Assembly (NCBI GenBank): GCA_018671175.1
Contig: JABHIE010000003.1
Coordinates: forward strand, 36,560 to 100,559
DNA length: 64,000 bases
Direction: 5' to 3'
Origin: Planctomycetota bacterium
GTDB taxonomy: Bacteria; Planctomycetota; UBA1135
Shown here: piece after piece, positions 49,333 through 57,481 of the stretch
Numbering within the stretch: the stretch's first letter is position 1
Layout of the letters: the number at the start of each line of letters is the position of its first letter
Notes under the pieces: generated by a model
What the model was told of the DNA's origin: nothing
The model's database searches: none
What the model saw: the letters and a program-made list of their open reading frames with translations, nothing else
Translations under genes and position numbers: made by a program

Positions 49333-50208
49333 ATGGAATTGACGCCGAGTGCCATTCGCGACCAGGTTCGAGCTGCTTTAAGCGAAGATTGCGCCTGCAG
49401 TGATGCGACATCCTTGGCGGTGGTCCCTGAGCTTGCTCTTGCTACGGGGCGAGTCGTTGCAAGAGCCCACGGCGTGTTGTCGGGGCGTTCCTTTGCCGAG
49501 GCCGCTTTTCAGCTATGCGATTCAGCCGTCGAGCTCACTTGGCTCAAGTCTGATGGCGCCCGCGTCGCCCCGAATGAAGAAATCTTGCACTGCGCAGGCA
49601 CAGCGCGAGGTTTGCTCGCAGCTGAGCGCACCGCCTTGAACTTTATGCAGCAATTGGGCGGCGTGGCCACACTTACGGCAAAGGCTGTCGCCGCTGCGGG
49701 CGAGGTCTTGGTGCTCGACACTCGCAAAACAGTTCCGGGTTTGCGAGACGCACAAAAGGCGGCCGTCGTGCATGGCGGTGGTGTCAATCATCGGCGCGAT
49801 CTGCAAGACCAACTCTTACTCAAAGAGAATCACTTTTCGCTCTCTGGGCTCGATTACGCAGCCACAGTTACCAAAGCTATTGAGCAGTCTGAGGGCCGCC
49901 CTGTCGGCATTGAGGCCGAGACCATCGAGCAGGCCGAGTGGGCGCTTCATGCGGGCGCACATTTCGTGATGCTCGACAATTTTCATGGTCAGGCGCTGAT
50001 TGATGCGGTGGCGCATTTGCGTTCTCAATTCCCTGATGCCGTGCTTGAAGCGAGTGGGGGCTATACCGTTTCTACGGTTGCTGATTTGGTCAATTCTGGG
50101 GTGACTCGGGTTTCTCTTGGCGCTTTCACCCACTCGGCACCCGCGCTTGATTTATCGTTTTACCTGACGCCCGTCATCCCTGGCGGTACGACCCCACTCC
50201 ATGGCTAA
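49333..50208 (+). CDS. nadC: Quinolinate phosphoribosyltransferase
   Basis: ERTALNF, DTRKT.PG.R, HR.DL...L.KENH, MLDNF, EASGG, HSA.ALD motifs. Confidence 0.96.
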   Translation: MELTPSAIRDQVRAALSEDCACSDATSLAVVPELALATGRVVARAHGVLSGRSFAEAAFQLCDSAVELTWLKSDGARVAPNEEILHCAGTARGLLAAERTALNFMQQLGGVATLTAKAVAAAGEVLVLDTRKTVPGLRDAQKAAVVHGGGVNHRRDLQDQLLLKENHFSLSGLDYAATVTKAIEQSEGRPVGIEAETIEQAEWALHAGAHFVMLDNFHGQALIDAVAHLRSQFPDAVLEASGGYTVSTVADLVNSGVTRVSLGAFTHSAPALDLSFYLTPVIPGGTTPLHG

Positions 50209-50704
50209 GTGGGAGCGCTTGCGTCGGTTGCCTGCAAGTATGCGGGTGTTTTTGTTGGTCCTGACAACGGCCTTGTTCGCTCTGGCAACTTTTCATAACA
50301 GCGACGCCGTGGGGCCGGGGCCGGTGCGTTCTGATCTTTATAACTACGCATCCAATTACGCCCATCAAGTGTTGTTTTTCGCGATGAGCTTTTCTTGGCT
50401 TTTGGCTCGAGGTGCCGCTCGCCCAGGCAAACTTGTTTCCCTCCTGGTTGTTTTGTCTCTCGCGCTGGCTTTTGGTTATCTCGACGAATGGAATCAATCC
50501 GCCAGCCCCGCGCGCCTCGCTTCCCTCTGGGACATCGTCAGTGATCTTTTCGGCGCAACCCTCGGCTGGTCGTTCGCCCGCGCGCTCAATCAAACTCCTG
50601 GCGCAATGCGCTGGCGCCATCCTGCCCTCTTGTGGGGCGTAGGCCTTTTCTGGGGGCTTATCCCCGCAACCTCTGAATACCCCGTTCCGTTTCTGTCGTC
50701 ATGA
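50201..50704 (+). CDS. VanZ-family membrane protein
   Basis: N.AH..FF, GYLDE.NQ..P.R.AS.WD..D..G motifs. Confidence 0.85.
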   Translation: MAKWERLRRLPASMRVFLLVLTTALFALATFHNSDAVGPGPVRSDLYNYASNYAHQVLFFAMSFSWLLARGAARPGKLVSLLVVLSLALAFGYLDEWNQSASPARLASLWDIVSDLFGATLGWSFARALNQTPGAMRWRHPALLWGVGLFWGLIPATSEYPVPFLSS

Positions 50705-52140
50705 CTGACCCACACGCCACTTACTCTTCGCCGCTAGCCTCGCGCTATGCCAGCCCAGAGATGCAGTCGATTTTTTCTTATCGCGCCCGCACTTTGGTTT
50801 GGCGCGATCTCTGGATTCATCTCGCCGAATGCGAGCGCGAGCTGGGGCTTGATATTTCTGAGGCTCAAATCGCCGAGCTCAAGACCGCACGCAATGACAT
50901 TGATTTTGACCGTGTTGCTGAGCTTGAGCGCGAGCTGCGCCACGATGTCATGGCTCATGTTCATGCCTTTGGCGAAAAGGCTCCCAGTGCAAAGGGCATC
51001 CTGCATTTGGGCGCGACTTCTTGTTTTGTTGCCGATGGTGCAGATTTGGTTTCGATGCAGCGGGGCCTTGAAGTCTTGCGCGCTCGTCTCGTCGGCGTGA
51101 TTCGCGCCTTCGCAGGTTTTTGCCATGAGCAACGCGCCCAGGCCGCTTTGGGGTTCACTCATTTTCAATCGGCTCAGCCCACAACGATGGGCAAGCGGGC
51201 TACGCTTTGGCTGCAAGATTTCCTCCTCGATCTCGAAGAAGTCGAAGACGCACTCGCCCGTCTGCCGTTCCGCGGAGTCAAAGGTACGACAGGCACCCAA
51301 GCCAGTTTTCTGCAACTTTTTGACGGCGATCACAGCAAAGTGCGGCAGCTTGACAAGATGCTGACCGAGCGCATGGGTTTCGCCCGCATGGTTTCTGTTT
51401 GCGGTCAAACCTACCCCCGCAAATGGGATGGCGTCGTCCTCGCAGCCGTTTCGGGTATCGGTGCGTCGGCGGCCAAGTTCGCAGGGGATGTCCGGCTTCT
51501 GGCCCACCGCCGCGAGCTCGAAGAGCCATTCGGCAAAAAGCAAATTGGCTCATCGGCGATGCCTTACAAGCGCAATCCGATGCGCAGCGAGCGCGTGGGC
51601 GCTTTGTCGCGCTACTTGCTCAACCTAGCGCCAAACGCTCTCGATACCGCAGCGAATCAATGGCTCGAGCGCACCCTTGATGATTCTGCAAATCGTCGCA
51701 TTGCCATCCCAGAGAGTTTCTTGGCGGCGGATGCCATTTTGCAGTTGGTTCAAGATGTCGCTTCAGGTTTGGTCGTCTACCCCAAAGTGCTCGAAGGCAA
51801 TTTAAATCATGAATTGCCTTTCATGGCCACAGAGACAATTCTCATGGCCGCCGTCCAAAAGGGTGGCGATCGCCAAGATTTGCATGAGCGCATTCGCGTC
51901 CATAGCCATGAAGCAGCGTATCGTCTGAAAGCTGGCGATGGGCGAAATGATTTGCTTGAGCGCATCACGGCTGATGAGGCTTTTGCAGCCATCGTCGACG
52001 ATTTGCCGACTCTGCTTGACCCTATGAAATTTGTGGGCCGCGCTCCGCAGCAAGTCGATGAGTTCCTTGAAGAAGTCGTCCGACCCATTCTTGATGCCAG
52101 GGCAGATGTCGCTGTGCCTGCTGGCGAGATTAAGGTTTAG
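50701..52140 (+). CDS. purB: Adenylosuccinate lyase
   Basis: SPLASRY, RHDVMAH, HLGATS, GFTHFQ.AQ, GSSAMPYKRNP motifs. Confidence 0.97.
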   Translation: MTDPHATYSSPLASRYASPEMQSIFSYRARTLVWRDLWIHLAECERELGLDISEAQIAELKTARNDIDFDRVAELERELRHDVMAHVHAFGEKAPSAKGILHLGATSCFVADGADLVSMQRGLEVLRARLVGVIRAFAGFCHEQRAQAALGFTHFQSAQPTTMGKRATLWLQDFLLDLEEVEDALARLPFRGVKGTTGTQASFLQLFDGDHSKVRQLDKMLTERMGFARMVSVCGQTYPRKWDGVVLAAVSGIGASAAKFAGDVRLLAHRRELEEPFGKKQIGSSAMPYKRNPMRSERVGALSRYLLNLAPNALDTAANQWLERTLDDSANRRIAIPESFLAADAILQLVQDVASGLVVYPKVLEGNLNHELPFMATETILMAAVQKGGDRQDLHERIRVHSHEAAYRLKAGDGRNDLLERITADEAFAAIVDDLPTLLDPMKFVGRAPQQVDEFLEEVVRPILDARADVAVPAGEIKV

Positions 52141-52150
52141 CCCCAAGTGC

Positions 52151-52189
52151 TAAAAAGAATCGGCGGCGACCCTGAGGTCGCCGCCGATT
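52151..52189. terminator. Intrinsic terminator between convergent purB and the Cys-rich gene
   Basis: 14-bp perfect stem AATCGGCGGCGACC/GGTCGCCGCCGATT, CTGA loop; U-tract on the minus strand. Confidence 0.88.
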
Positions 52190-52206
52190 GTCATTGAGCT
52201 CTAAAG

Positions 52207-53070
52207 TTACTTCTTTGCAGGAGTTTCTTCAGCTTTGCCTTCTTCGCAGCAAGAGCCTGCTTCTGCACCATCTTTCTTTGGAAGGTACTTGGCAGCAGCA
52301 TCAGCTTTGTTGCAGGCACCGCCTTCGCAGTCGCCGTCACAGTTTTCCTCTTCGAGGCAAACTTCGCCATCTTTGCTATCGCAAGATTTTGCGTCAGCGG
52401 TGGAAGGGCAGGCTGCGGTACCCATAGAGGAGCACTCGCTGTCTTTGCCCATGGAAGAGCATTCGCCACCTTTGGCGGCCATCATTTTTTTCATTCTTTC
52501 CATGCGTGCAGCGCGCTGCTCTGGAGTCATGTCAGCCATCATCTTTTGCATCATGGCCATGCGCTCGGTGCGCTGCTCGGCAGTCATTTGACCACCCATT
52601 TTGCCGCCCATCATGTCGCAGCCTTCCATTTTCTTGCCAGGGCCCTCGTCGTCACACTCAGGCTTGTCGCAGCAAGCAGGTGCTTCGGTGCCGGCAGCTT
52701 TTGCAGCCATCGTGGGGCAGGCAGCCATGCCTTTGGCGCAGGAGTCGTTGTCGACACATTCTTCAAGCTTCATGTCGCAACCTTCGTCGCCACATGCGTT
52801 AGCACAAGCTTCGGCTGCACCGCCTTTGGCATCCATTGGGCAAGAGTCTTTGCCCATGTCGCAACCGCCTTTGGCGTCGCAATCGGCTTTCATCGAGGCG
52901 CAGGCCTCGGTGCCCATCATGTCGCAGCTTTCGTCACCTTCGCAGGCGTTTGGCGCGGCAGTGATAGCAGCAGAATCAGTGGCACAGCAATCAGAAGCGG
53001 CGTCGCCCTGAGTCTGAATTGGTTGGCATGAGCACAGCAAGAGCAGTGCAGGAATGAGGTAGCGGATCAT
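52207..53070 (-). CDS. Cys/Met-rich putative lipoprotein (metallothionein-like composition)
   Basis: Hydrophobic signal ending LLCSC; 30 Cys and about 26 Met in 287 aa; no Trp, Phe or His. Confidence 0.8.
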   Translation of the reverse strand: MIRYLIPALLLLCSCQPIQTQGDAASDCCATDSAAITAAPNACEGDESCDMMGTEACASMKADCDAKGGCDMGKDSCPMDAKGGAAEACANACGDEGCDMKLEECVDNDSCAKGMAACPTMAAKAAGTEAPACCDKPECDDEGPGKKMEGCDMMGGKMGGQMTAEQRTERMAMMQKMMADMTPEQRAARMERMKKMMAAKGGECSSMGKDSECSSMGTAACPSTADAKSCDSKDGEVCLEEENCDGDCEGGACNKADAAAKYLPKKDGAEAGSCCEEGKAEETPAKK

Positions 53071-53163
53071 CGTTTTTTTTGGGGGTCTAAAGTGCGTTGA
53101 ACAGAATCAACGAAAAGTGGGGGAAGATTATAACTTCCCCCGGGATTTGTGTGAAGCGTCGGT

Positions 53164-54057
53164 TTAGCGGCCGCCTCGGTTACGCAAGAGTCGCTCGATG
53201 CGATCGAGTTGGTCTTGCATGTCTTCGATGCGATCTTCGAGATCGTCCATCTGGTCTTCGAGGTCTTCGAAAGCCTCTGGGGCTTCCATCAGAATCTCGA
53301 AAGCTTCGTGCATGCCATCAACGCCGTGGCGCATGCTCTGCATCATGCCGCCCATCATTGGGACGCCACGCATGCCGTGCATCTCTTGCATGCCACGCAT
53401 GCCGTGCATCTCTTGCATGCCACGCATGCCGTGCATCTCTTGCATGCCACGCATGCCGTGCATCTCTTTGCCACCATGGCCCTGCATCTTGCCGTGCATG
53501 CTTTGACCACCATGGCCCTTTGATTCGCCGCACTCTTGGTCGCTATCACAACCCGAAGGCTTGCGAGAAGCGCCATGGCACTCTTGGCCTTTGTCGCCAT
53601 TCCAAGAAAACTGCATGGTGTGTGGGCCTTCGCTGACTTGGGCTTGAATCATGGCGTTGAGGTCAAGACCCTCAAGGTCGAGGCCCTCTACCTTTTCAAG
53701 GATGGCATGAATGTCAATGTCGCCAGGCTCGCCAGCAATCATGAATGCATGCGCGCCATCACCCATTTTCATCATTTTGGCGCCAGAAAACGGCATCGCC
53801 ATCCTGCGCTTAATCCGGTGGGGCTTTTTCCCGCTTTCTTGAATTTCAGCGATGACCTGAATCTCGCATTCGCCCGATTCTGGGCAAACAGCATCTTTGG
53901 TGCCTTCTTCGCAGCATGAAGTCTCGGCTTCTGCTTGCTCGATGCCCGTTGAAGTGATGACAACCTGAATCTCTTTTGGAGCTTCAGGGGAAGGTGCGTC
54001 TTGCAGCAAAAATGCTGCCGGTGTGGCCGCAAGGGCCAGGAGTGTGAGTTTAATCAT
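53164..54057 (-). CDS. Secreted His/Met-rich repeat protein with acidic C-terminal coiled coil
   Basis: Signal peptide; EMHGMRG x4; EDLEDQMDDLEDRIEDMQDQLDRIE heptads. Confidence 0.8.
   Translation of the reverse strand: MIKLTLLALAATPAAFLLQDAPSPEAPKEIQVVITSTGIEQAEAETSCCEEGTKDAVCPESGECEIQVIAEIQESGKKPHRIKRRMAMPFSGAKMMKMGDGAHAFMIAGEPGDIDIHAILEKVEGLDLEGLDLNAMIQAQVSEGPHTMQFSWNGDKGQECHGASRKPSGCDSDQECGESKGHGGQSMHGKMQGHGGKEMHGMRGMQEMHGMRGMQEMHGMRGMQEMHGMRGVPMMGGMMQSMRHGVDGMHEAFEILMEAPEAFEDLEDQMDDLEDRIEDMQDQLDRIERLLRNRGGR
53365..53468. repeat. 27-bp perfect tandem repeat, about 3.9 copies
   Basis: Unit gccacgcatgccgtgcatctcttgcat; encodes MQEMHGMRG on the minus strand. Confidence 0.95.
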
Positions 54058-54215
54058 GGTTCCAGAGTTTGGTCTTCAGGGAGATCGGGGCGGGAAAGCC
54101 CCAGTTTGCTGAAGGAACTTACTATTTACCCCAAGTTTTGTTTGGGGATTTCGTTTTCTTGCAGTTTTTTTTGGGTTTTCTAAAGTAGTTTTAGCTTTTC
54201 GTTGCTAACCCGCCC

Positions 54216-55241
54216 TTGAACCACCCCGATTTCGCTTCCTTTGCCGCCGCGCTGCCCTCTGAGGGCAAGCTCGTTTTGTGCACTCACCGCCACCCAGACC
54301 CTGATGGATTGGGGGCTTTGGTCGGTGTGCAGCAGCTGCTCCTAGAAAAATTTGACATTCAATCCGATCTCGTCCTTGAAGGGCGCATTCGTCGTGCTGA
54401 AAATGTGGCCATGCGCCGTATGCTCCGAATCGAGGCATTGCCAAAAGGCGCGGTTGACCCGGCGGTCTATTGTGGCGCGATTGTGGTTGACGCTCAGCCG
54501 GCGTTCAGCCACACGCACCCACCGGGTGGCATCCCTATTTTGGGCGTCATTGACCATCATGACGCTAGCGAAAAATCCGAAGACGATGAAAGCAATGCTT
54601 TTCGCTGGGTAGATTCTAATTTTGGTGCGACATCGACCATGATCTGGAGCCTAATGCGCGCTTTTGAGATCGAGCCGAATGAGCGCACTGCGACAGCTCT
54701 TTTTTGCGGCATCCGGTATGACACCAATGATTTAGCGCGTGATTCGACCGAGCTTGACGAAACGGCTTACTTCTCACTGCAACGACTCGCGAATCGCGCA
54801 TGGATCGGTGCGATCGACCACCCGCCTCTACCTCGAGATTATTTTCGGCAGATGGCGAGGGCGATTGACAGTTGCGAGGTCTCAGGCATTGTGCTGCTGA
54901 CTTTGCTTGGCGAGGTGGATAGCCCAGAAACGGTTGCTGAAGTCGCCGATTGGTTTGTGAGGCTTGAGGGCCAGCAATGGTCACTCGCTGGTGGTGCCTG
55001 CGATGGGCGCTACCAAGTCTCACTGCGCACTGATTTGCCTGGCGCCGATGCTTACCCCGCTTTGCGCTACATTTTAGGTCGTGAGGGCTCTTGTGGCGGT
55101 CACGGTCGCATGGCAGGTGGGCAAATCCCTGTTGGCGAAATGAGCGTCGGAGAGATTGAATCACTCATCTCACGGCGGGCTCGTGAGTTGTTTGGCGTGA
55201 CCGATGAGACCCGTGAGCCACTGAGCTCAACGCGCTCTTAA
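54216..55241 (+). CDS. DHH/DHHA1 phosphoesterase (NrnA-like)
   Basis: H.HPDPDGLG, VVD, VIDHH, GATST, GIRYDT, SLR, GGH..MAGG motifs. Confidence 0.9.
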   Translation: MNHPDFASFAAALPSEGKLVLCTHRHPDPDGLGALVGVQQLLLEKFDIQSDLVLEGRIRRAENVAMRRMLRIEALPKGAVDPAVYCGAIVVDAQPAFSHTHPPGGIPILGVIDHHDASEKSEDDESNAFRWVDSNFGATSTMIWSLMRAFEIEPNERTATALFCGIRYDTNDLARDSTELDETAYFSLQRLANRAWIGAIDHPPLPRDYFRQMARAIDSCEVSGIVLLTLLGEVDSPETVAEVADWFVRLEGQQWSLAGGACDGRYQVSLRTDLPGADAYPALRYILGREGSCGGHGRMAGGQIPVGEMSVGEIESLISRRARELFGVTDETREPLSSTRS

Positions 55242-55260
55242 TCTTTTTTCGCACTATTGA

Positions 55261-55289
55261 TTGACAGCCCGCCTGCTCAAGGGTATCTT
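55261..55289 (+). promoter_or_regulatory. Sigma70-type promoter of tRNA-Gly
   Basis: TTGACA-N17-TATCTT. Confidence 0.8.
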
Positions 55290-55303
55290 TTTCGCCCTAC
55301 AAC

Positions 55304-55378
55304 GCGGCCGTAGCTCAGTGGTAGAGCACGACCTTGCCAAGGTCGTTGTCGTGAGTTCGAATCTCATCGGCCGCTCCA
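55304..55378 (+). tRNA. tRNA-Gly(GCC)
   Basis: GCGGCCG TAGCTCAGTGGTAGAGC, CGACC-TT-GCC-AA-GGTCG, GTTCGAATC, CCA end. Confidence 0.97.
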
Positions 55379-55383
55379 ATTAC

Positions 55384-55420
55384 ACCCCAAGTCCTTTCGA
55401 GGGCTTGGGGTTTTTCTTTT
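55384..55420 (+). terminator. Intrinsic terminator after tRNA-Gly
   Basis: ACCCCAAGTCCT-TTCG-AGGGCTTGGGGT followed by a T-tract. Confidence 0.88.
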
Positions 55421-55434
55421 GCCGGCGATGAGAC

Positions 55435-55469
55435 AAAAAGATAGCCCCCGTGCCGAAGCAAGGGGGCTA
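55435..55469 (-). terminator. Intrinsic terminator after the ferredoxin gene
   Basis: Minus strand TAGCCCCCT-TGCTTCGGCAC-GGGGGCTA-TCTTTTT. Confidence 0.8.
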
Positions 55470-55485
55470 AACCGAAATGACTGAC

Positions 55486-55749
55486 TTAGCAGTGAATCTC
55501 AGCGAGGTCGGCGTTGGCCTGGATGAAAGGCTGCCATTTGTCAGGCACATCATCTTCTTCGAAGATAGCGTCGACAGGGCACTCTGGCTCGCAGGCACCG
55601 CAATCGATGCACTCATCAGGGTTGATGAACATAGGAAGGTTCAGCGTGCCTTCTTCAGGCTCGCTTTCGATAATGCATTCGGTGGGGCAAACATCGACAC
55701 AGGCAGTGTCTTTTGTGTTTACGCAAGGCTCGGCAATGACGTGAGGCAT
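55486..55749 (-). CDS. Dicluster (7Fe-type) ferredoxin
   Basis: C..KD.ACVDVCP and INPDECIDCGACEPECPV motifs. Confidence 0.93.
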   Translation of the reverse strand: MPHVIAEPCVNTKDTACVDVCPTECIIESEPEEGTLNLPMFINPDECIDCGACEPECPVDAIFEEDDVPDKWQPFIQANADLAEIHC

Positions 55750-55886
55750 GGTTTCGTTTGTTTGGGCTAATCTTGGGCAATAATGACCCTGAGAGGGGGC
55801 GGTTCGCCCCGTGGCTTAGGCAGATAGATAACGGCGCATTTCTATAGGTCAAGTATTTTCCTGAATCAACTCGCTAAACTTCAGGC

Positions 55887-56486
55887 ATGAACATCCAAAC
55901 AGCCCTAGTTGCCGCGCTTTTCGGCTATCTCCTAGGCTCCATTTCTTTTTCACTTTTGTTGGCGCGCTTCAAAGGAATTGACCTTCGAGGGGTCGGCTCT
56001 GGCAATTTGGGTGCAACCAACGCGAGCCGTGCTTTGGGCAAATGGGGTGGGCTTACGGTCTACCTTTTAGATGCTGCCAAGGGCTTTTTCCCAGCTTGGG
56101 CAACCCTGGTTTACTTCGAACAACTTGACCTTGCCGTCCTTGCGGGGATGGCGGCCTACGCGGGGCACATCTGGCCGGTTTACTTTGGCTTTCGCGGTGG
56201 CAAGGGCGTTGCAACTTTGACGGGTGTCGTTTTGGCTTTTCACCCACTAAGTTTGGCCTGGGCTGCACTTGCTTTGCTCGTTACAGTCATCCCGACGCGA
56301 TGGATGTCTTTGGGTTCACTTGCCATCGGAGTCAGTTTGCCCATTTCGGCCTGGCACTATTCTTTGGATAAGCCCATTTTTTACGGTTTCCTTGTTGCGG
56401 GGCTTTTTCTATTCTGGACGCATCGTTCCAACATTGGCCGCATCCTTGCCGGTACCGAGCGTCGCATCGGCGAGAAAAAATCATGA
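55887..56486 (+). CDS. plsY: Glycerol-3-phosphate acyltransferase PlsY
   Basis: GYLLGSI, GSGNLGATN, D..KG, GH.WP...FRGGKGVAT, HRSNI.R motifs. Confidence 0.96.
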   Translation: MNIQTALVAALFGYLLGSISFSLLLARFKGIDLRGVGSGNLGATNASRALGKWGGLTVYLLDAAKGFFPAWATLVYFEQLDLAVLAGMAAYAGHIWPVYFGFRGGKGVATLTGVVLAFHPLSLAWAALALLVTVIPTRWMSLGSLAIGVSLPISAWHYSLDKPIFYGFLVAGLFLFWTHRSNIGRILAGTERRIGEKKS

Positions 56487-57481
56487 TTACACGCACCCTT
56501 GTTATTGGAGACGGCGGATGGGGCACAGCCATTGCCACCGCTTTGCATCGAGCGGGCCGAGCCGTCACGCTCTGGTCTGTTGACAACGAATACGCCAAGC
56601 AGGTGGCTGCGACTCGCGAAAACATTAAGTTTTTGGCTGGTGTTGAGATCCCGCAAGAGATTCGCTGGACGGGCGACATAGAGGCTGCTCTCGACGGCGC
56701 CGACGAGTATTATTCCGTTGTCCCTACGCAGTTTTTGCGCGCGACAATTGAAAAATTTGAGGGTCGCCTGTCGCATCTGCCTGCGGTCTCGGCCACAAAG
56801 GGGCTTGAGCTTGACACTTTGCGCCGACCGACTGAGATTTTGTTCGAGGCTGCTGGCGCTCAGGCCGGTATGAGCATCCTGAGCGGCCCTTCGCATGCCG
56901 AAGAAACTGCACGAGGGTTGGCTACATCTATCGTGGTTGGCTCAGATGACCCCGCTCAAGCCAATCGGGTACAAGAGCGGCTTGGCTCGGCCTCGATGCG
57001 CGTCTACACATCTTCCGACCCGATTGGGGTTGAGCTGGGTGGTGCACTCAAAAACATTATTGCTGTGGCTGCGGGGCTTGCCGACGGCATTGGCCTCGGG
57101 GATAACGCAAAGGCCGCTTTGGTGGCGCGTGGTTTGGTCGAAATGGGTCGCTATGGCAAGGCGTGTGGTGCAGAGCGAGATACCTTTTTTGGTCTATCGG
57201 GCTCTGGCGATTTGATGGTGACTTGTTATTCGCGCCATTCTCGCAACCGCTCTTTAGGCGAGCGCATTGGCAAAGGCGAGAGTCTCGATGACATCCTTGC
57301 AGCGACGGAAAAGGTGGCGGAAGGCGTCTGGACTTGCAAGGCCATTCACGCACCGGCAAGTCAAATGGGTATCGATATGCCGATTACTGAGCGACTTCAT
57401 GCCATTTTGTTTGGTGGGGTTGACCCTAAAGATGCAGTCCGTGATTTGATGCTGCGACCGGTTCGTGCGGAAACAGAATGA
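56483..57481 (+). CDS. gpsA: NAD(P)H-dependent glycerol-3-phosphate dehydrogenase
   Basis: GDGGWGTA, TKGLE, SGPSHAEE, GGALKN, GDL..TC.S..SRN motifs. Confidence 0.96.
   Translation: MITRTLVIGDGGWGTAIATALHRAGRAVTLWSVDNEYAKQVAATRENIKFLAGVEIPQEIRWTGDIEAALDGADEYYSVVPTQFLRATIEKFEGRLSHLPAVSATKGLELDTLRRPTEILFEAAGAQAGMSILSGPSHAEETARGLATSIVVGSDDPAQANRVQERLGSASMRVYTSSDPIGVELGGALKNIIAVAAGLADGIGLGDNAKAALVARGLVEMGRYGKACGAERDTFFGLSGSGDLMVTCYSRHSRNRSLGERIGKGESLDDILAATEKVAEGVWTCKAIHAPASQMGIDMPITERLHAILFGGVDPKDAVRDLMLRPVRAETE

Noticed and set aside
53365..53468. Possible CRISPR array
   Set aside because: Head-to-tail repeats with no spacers, in frame within a CDS, and no cas genes nearby
53097..53636. Alternative-frame repeat ORFs (ACHACRASL, HAWHARDAR, CTACVACKR) suggesting Cys-rich or RiPP-like peptides
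   Set aside because: All are other frames of the same 27-bp repeat; only the 54057-53164 frame has a signal peptide and coherent flanks
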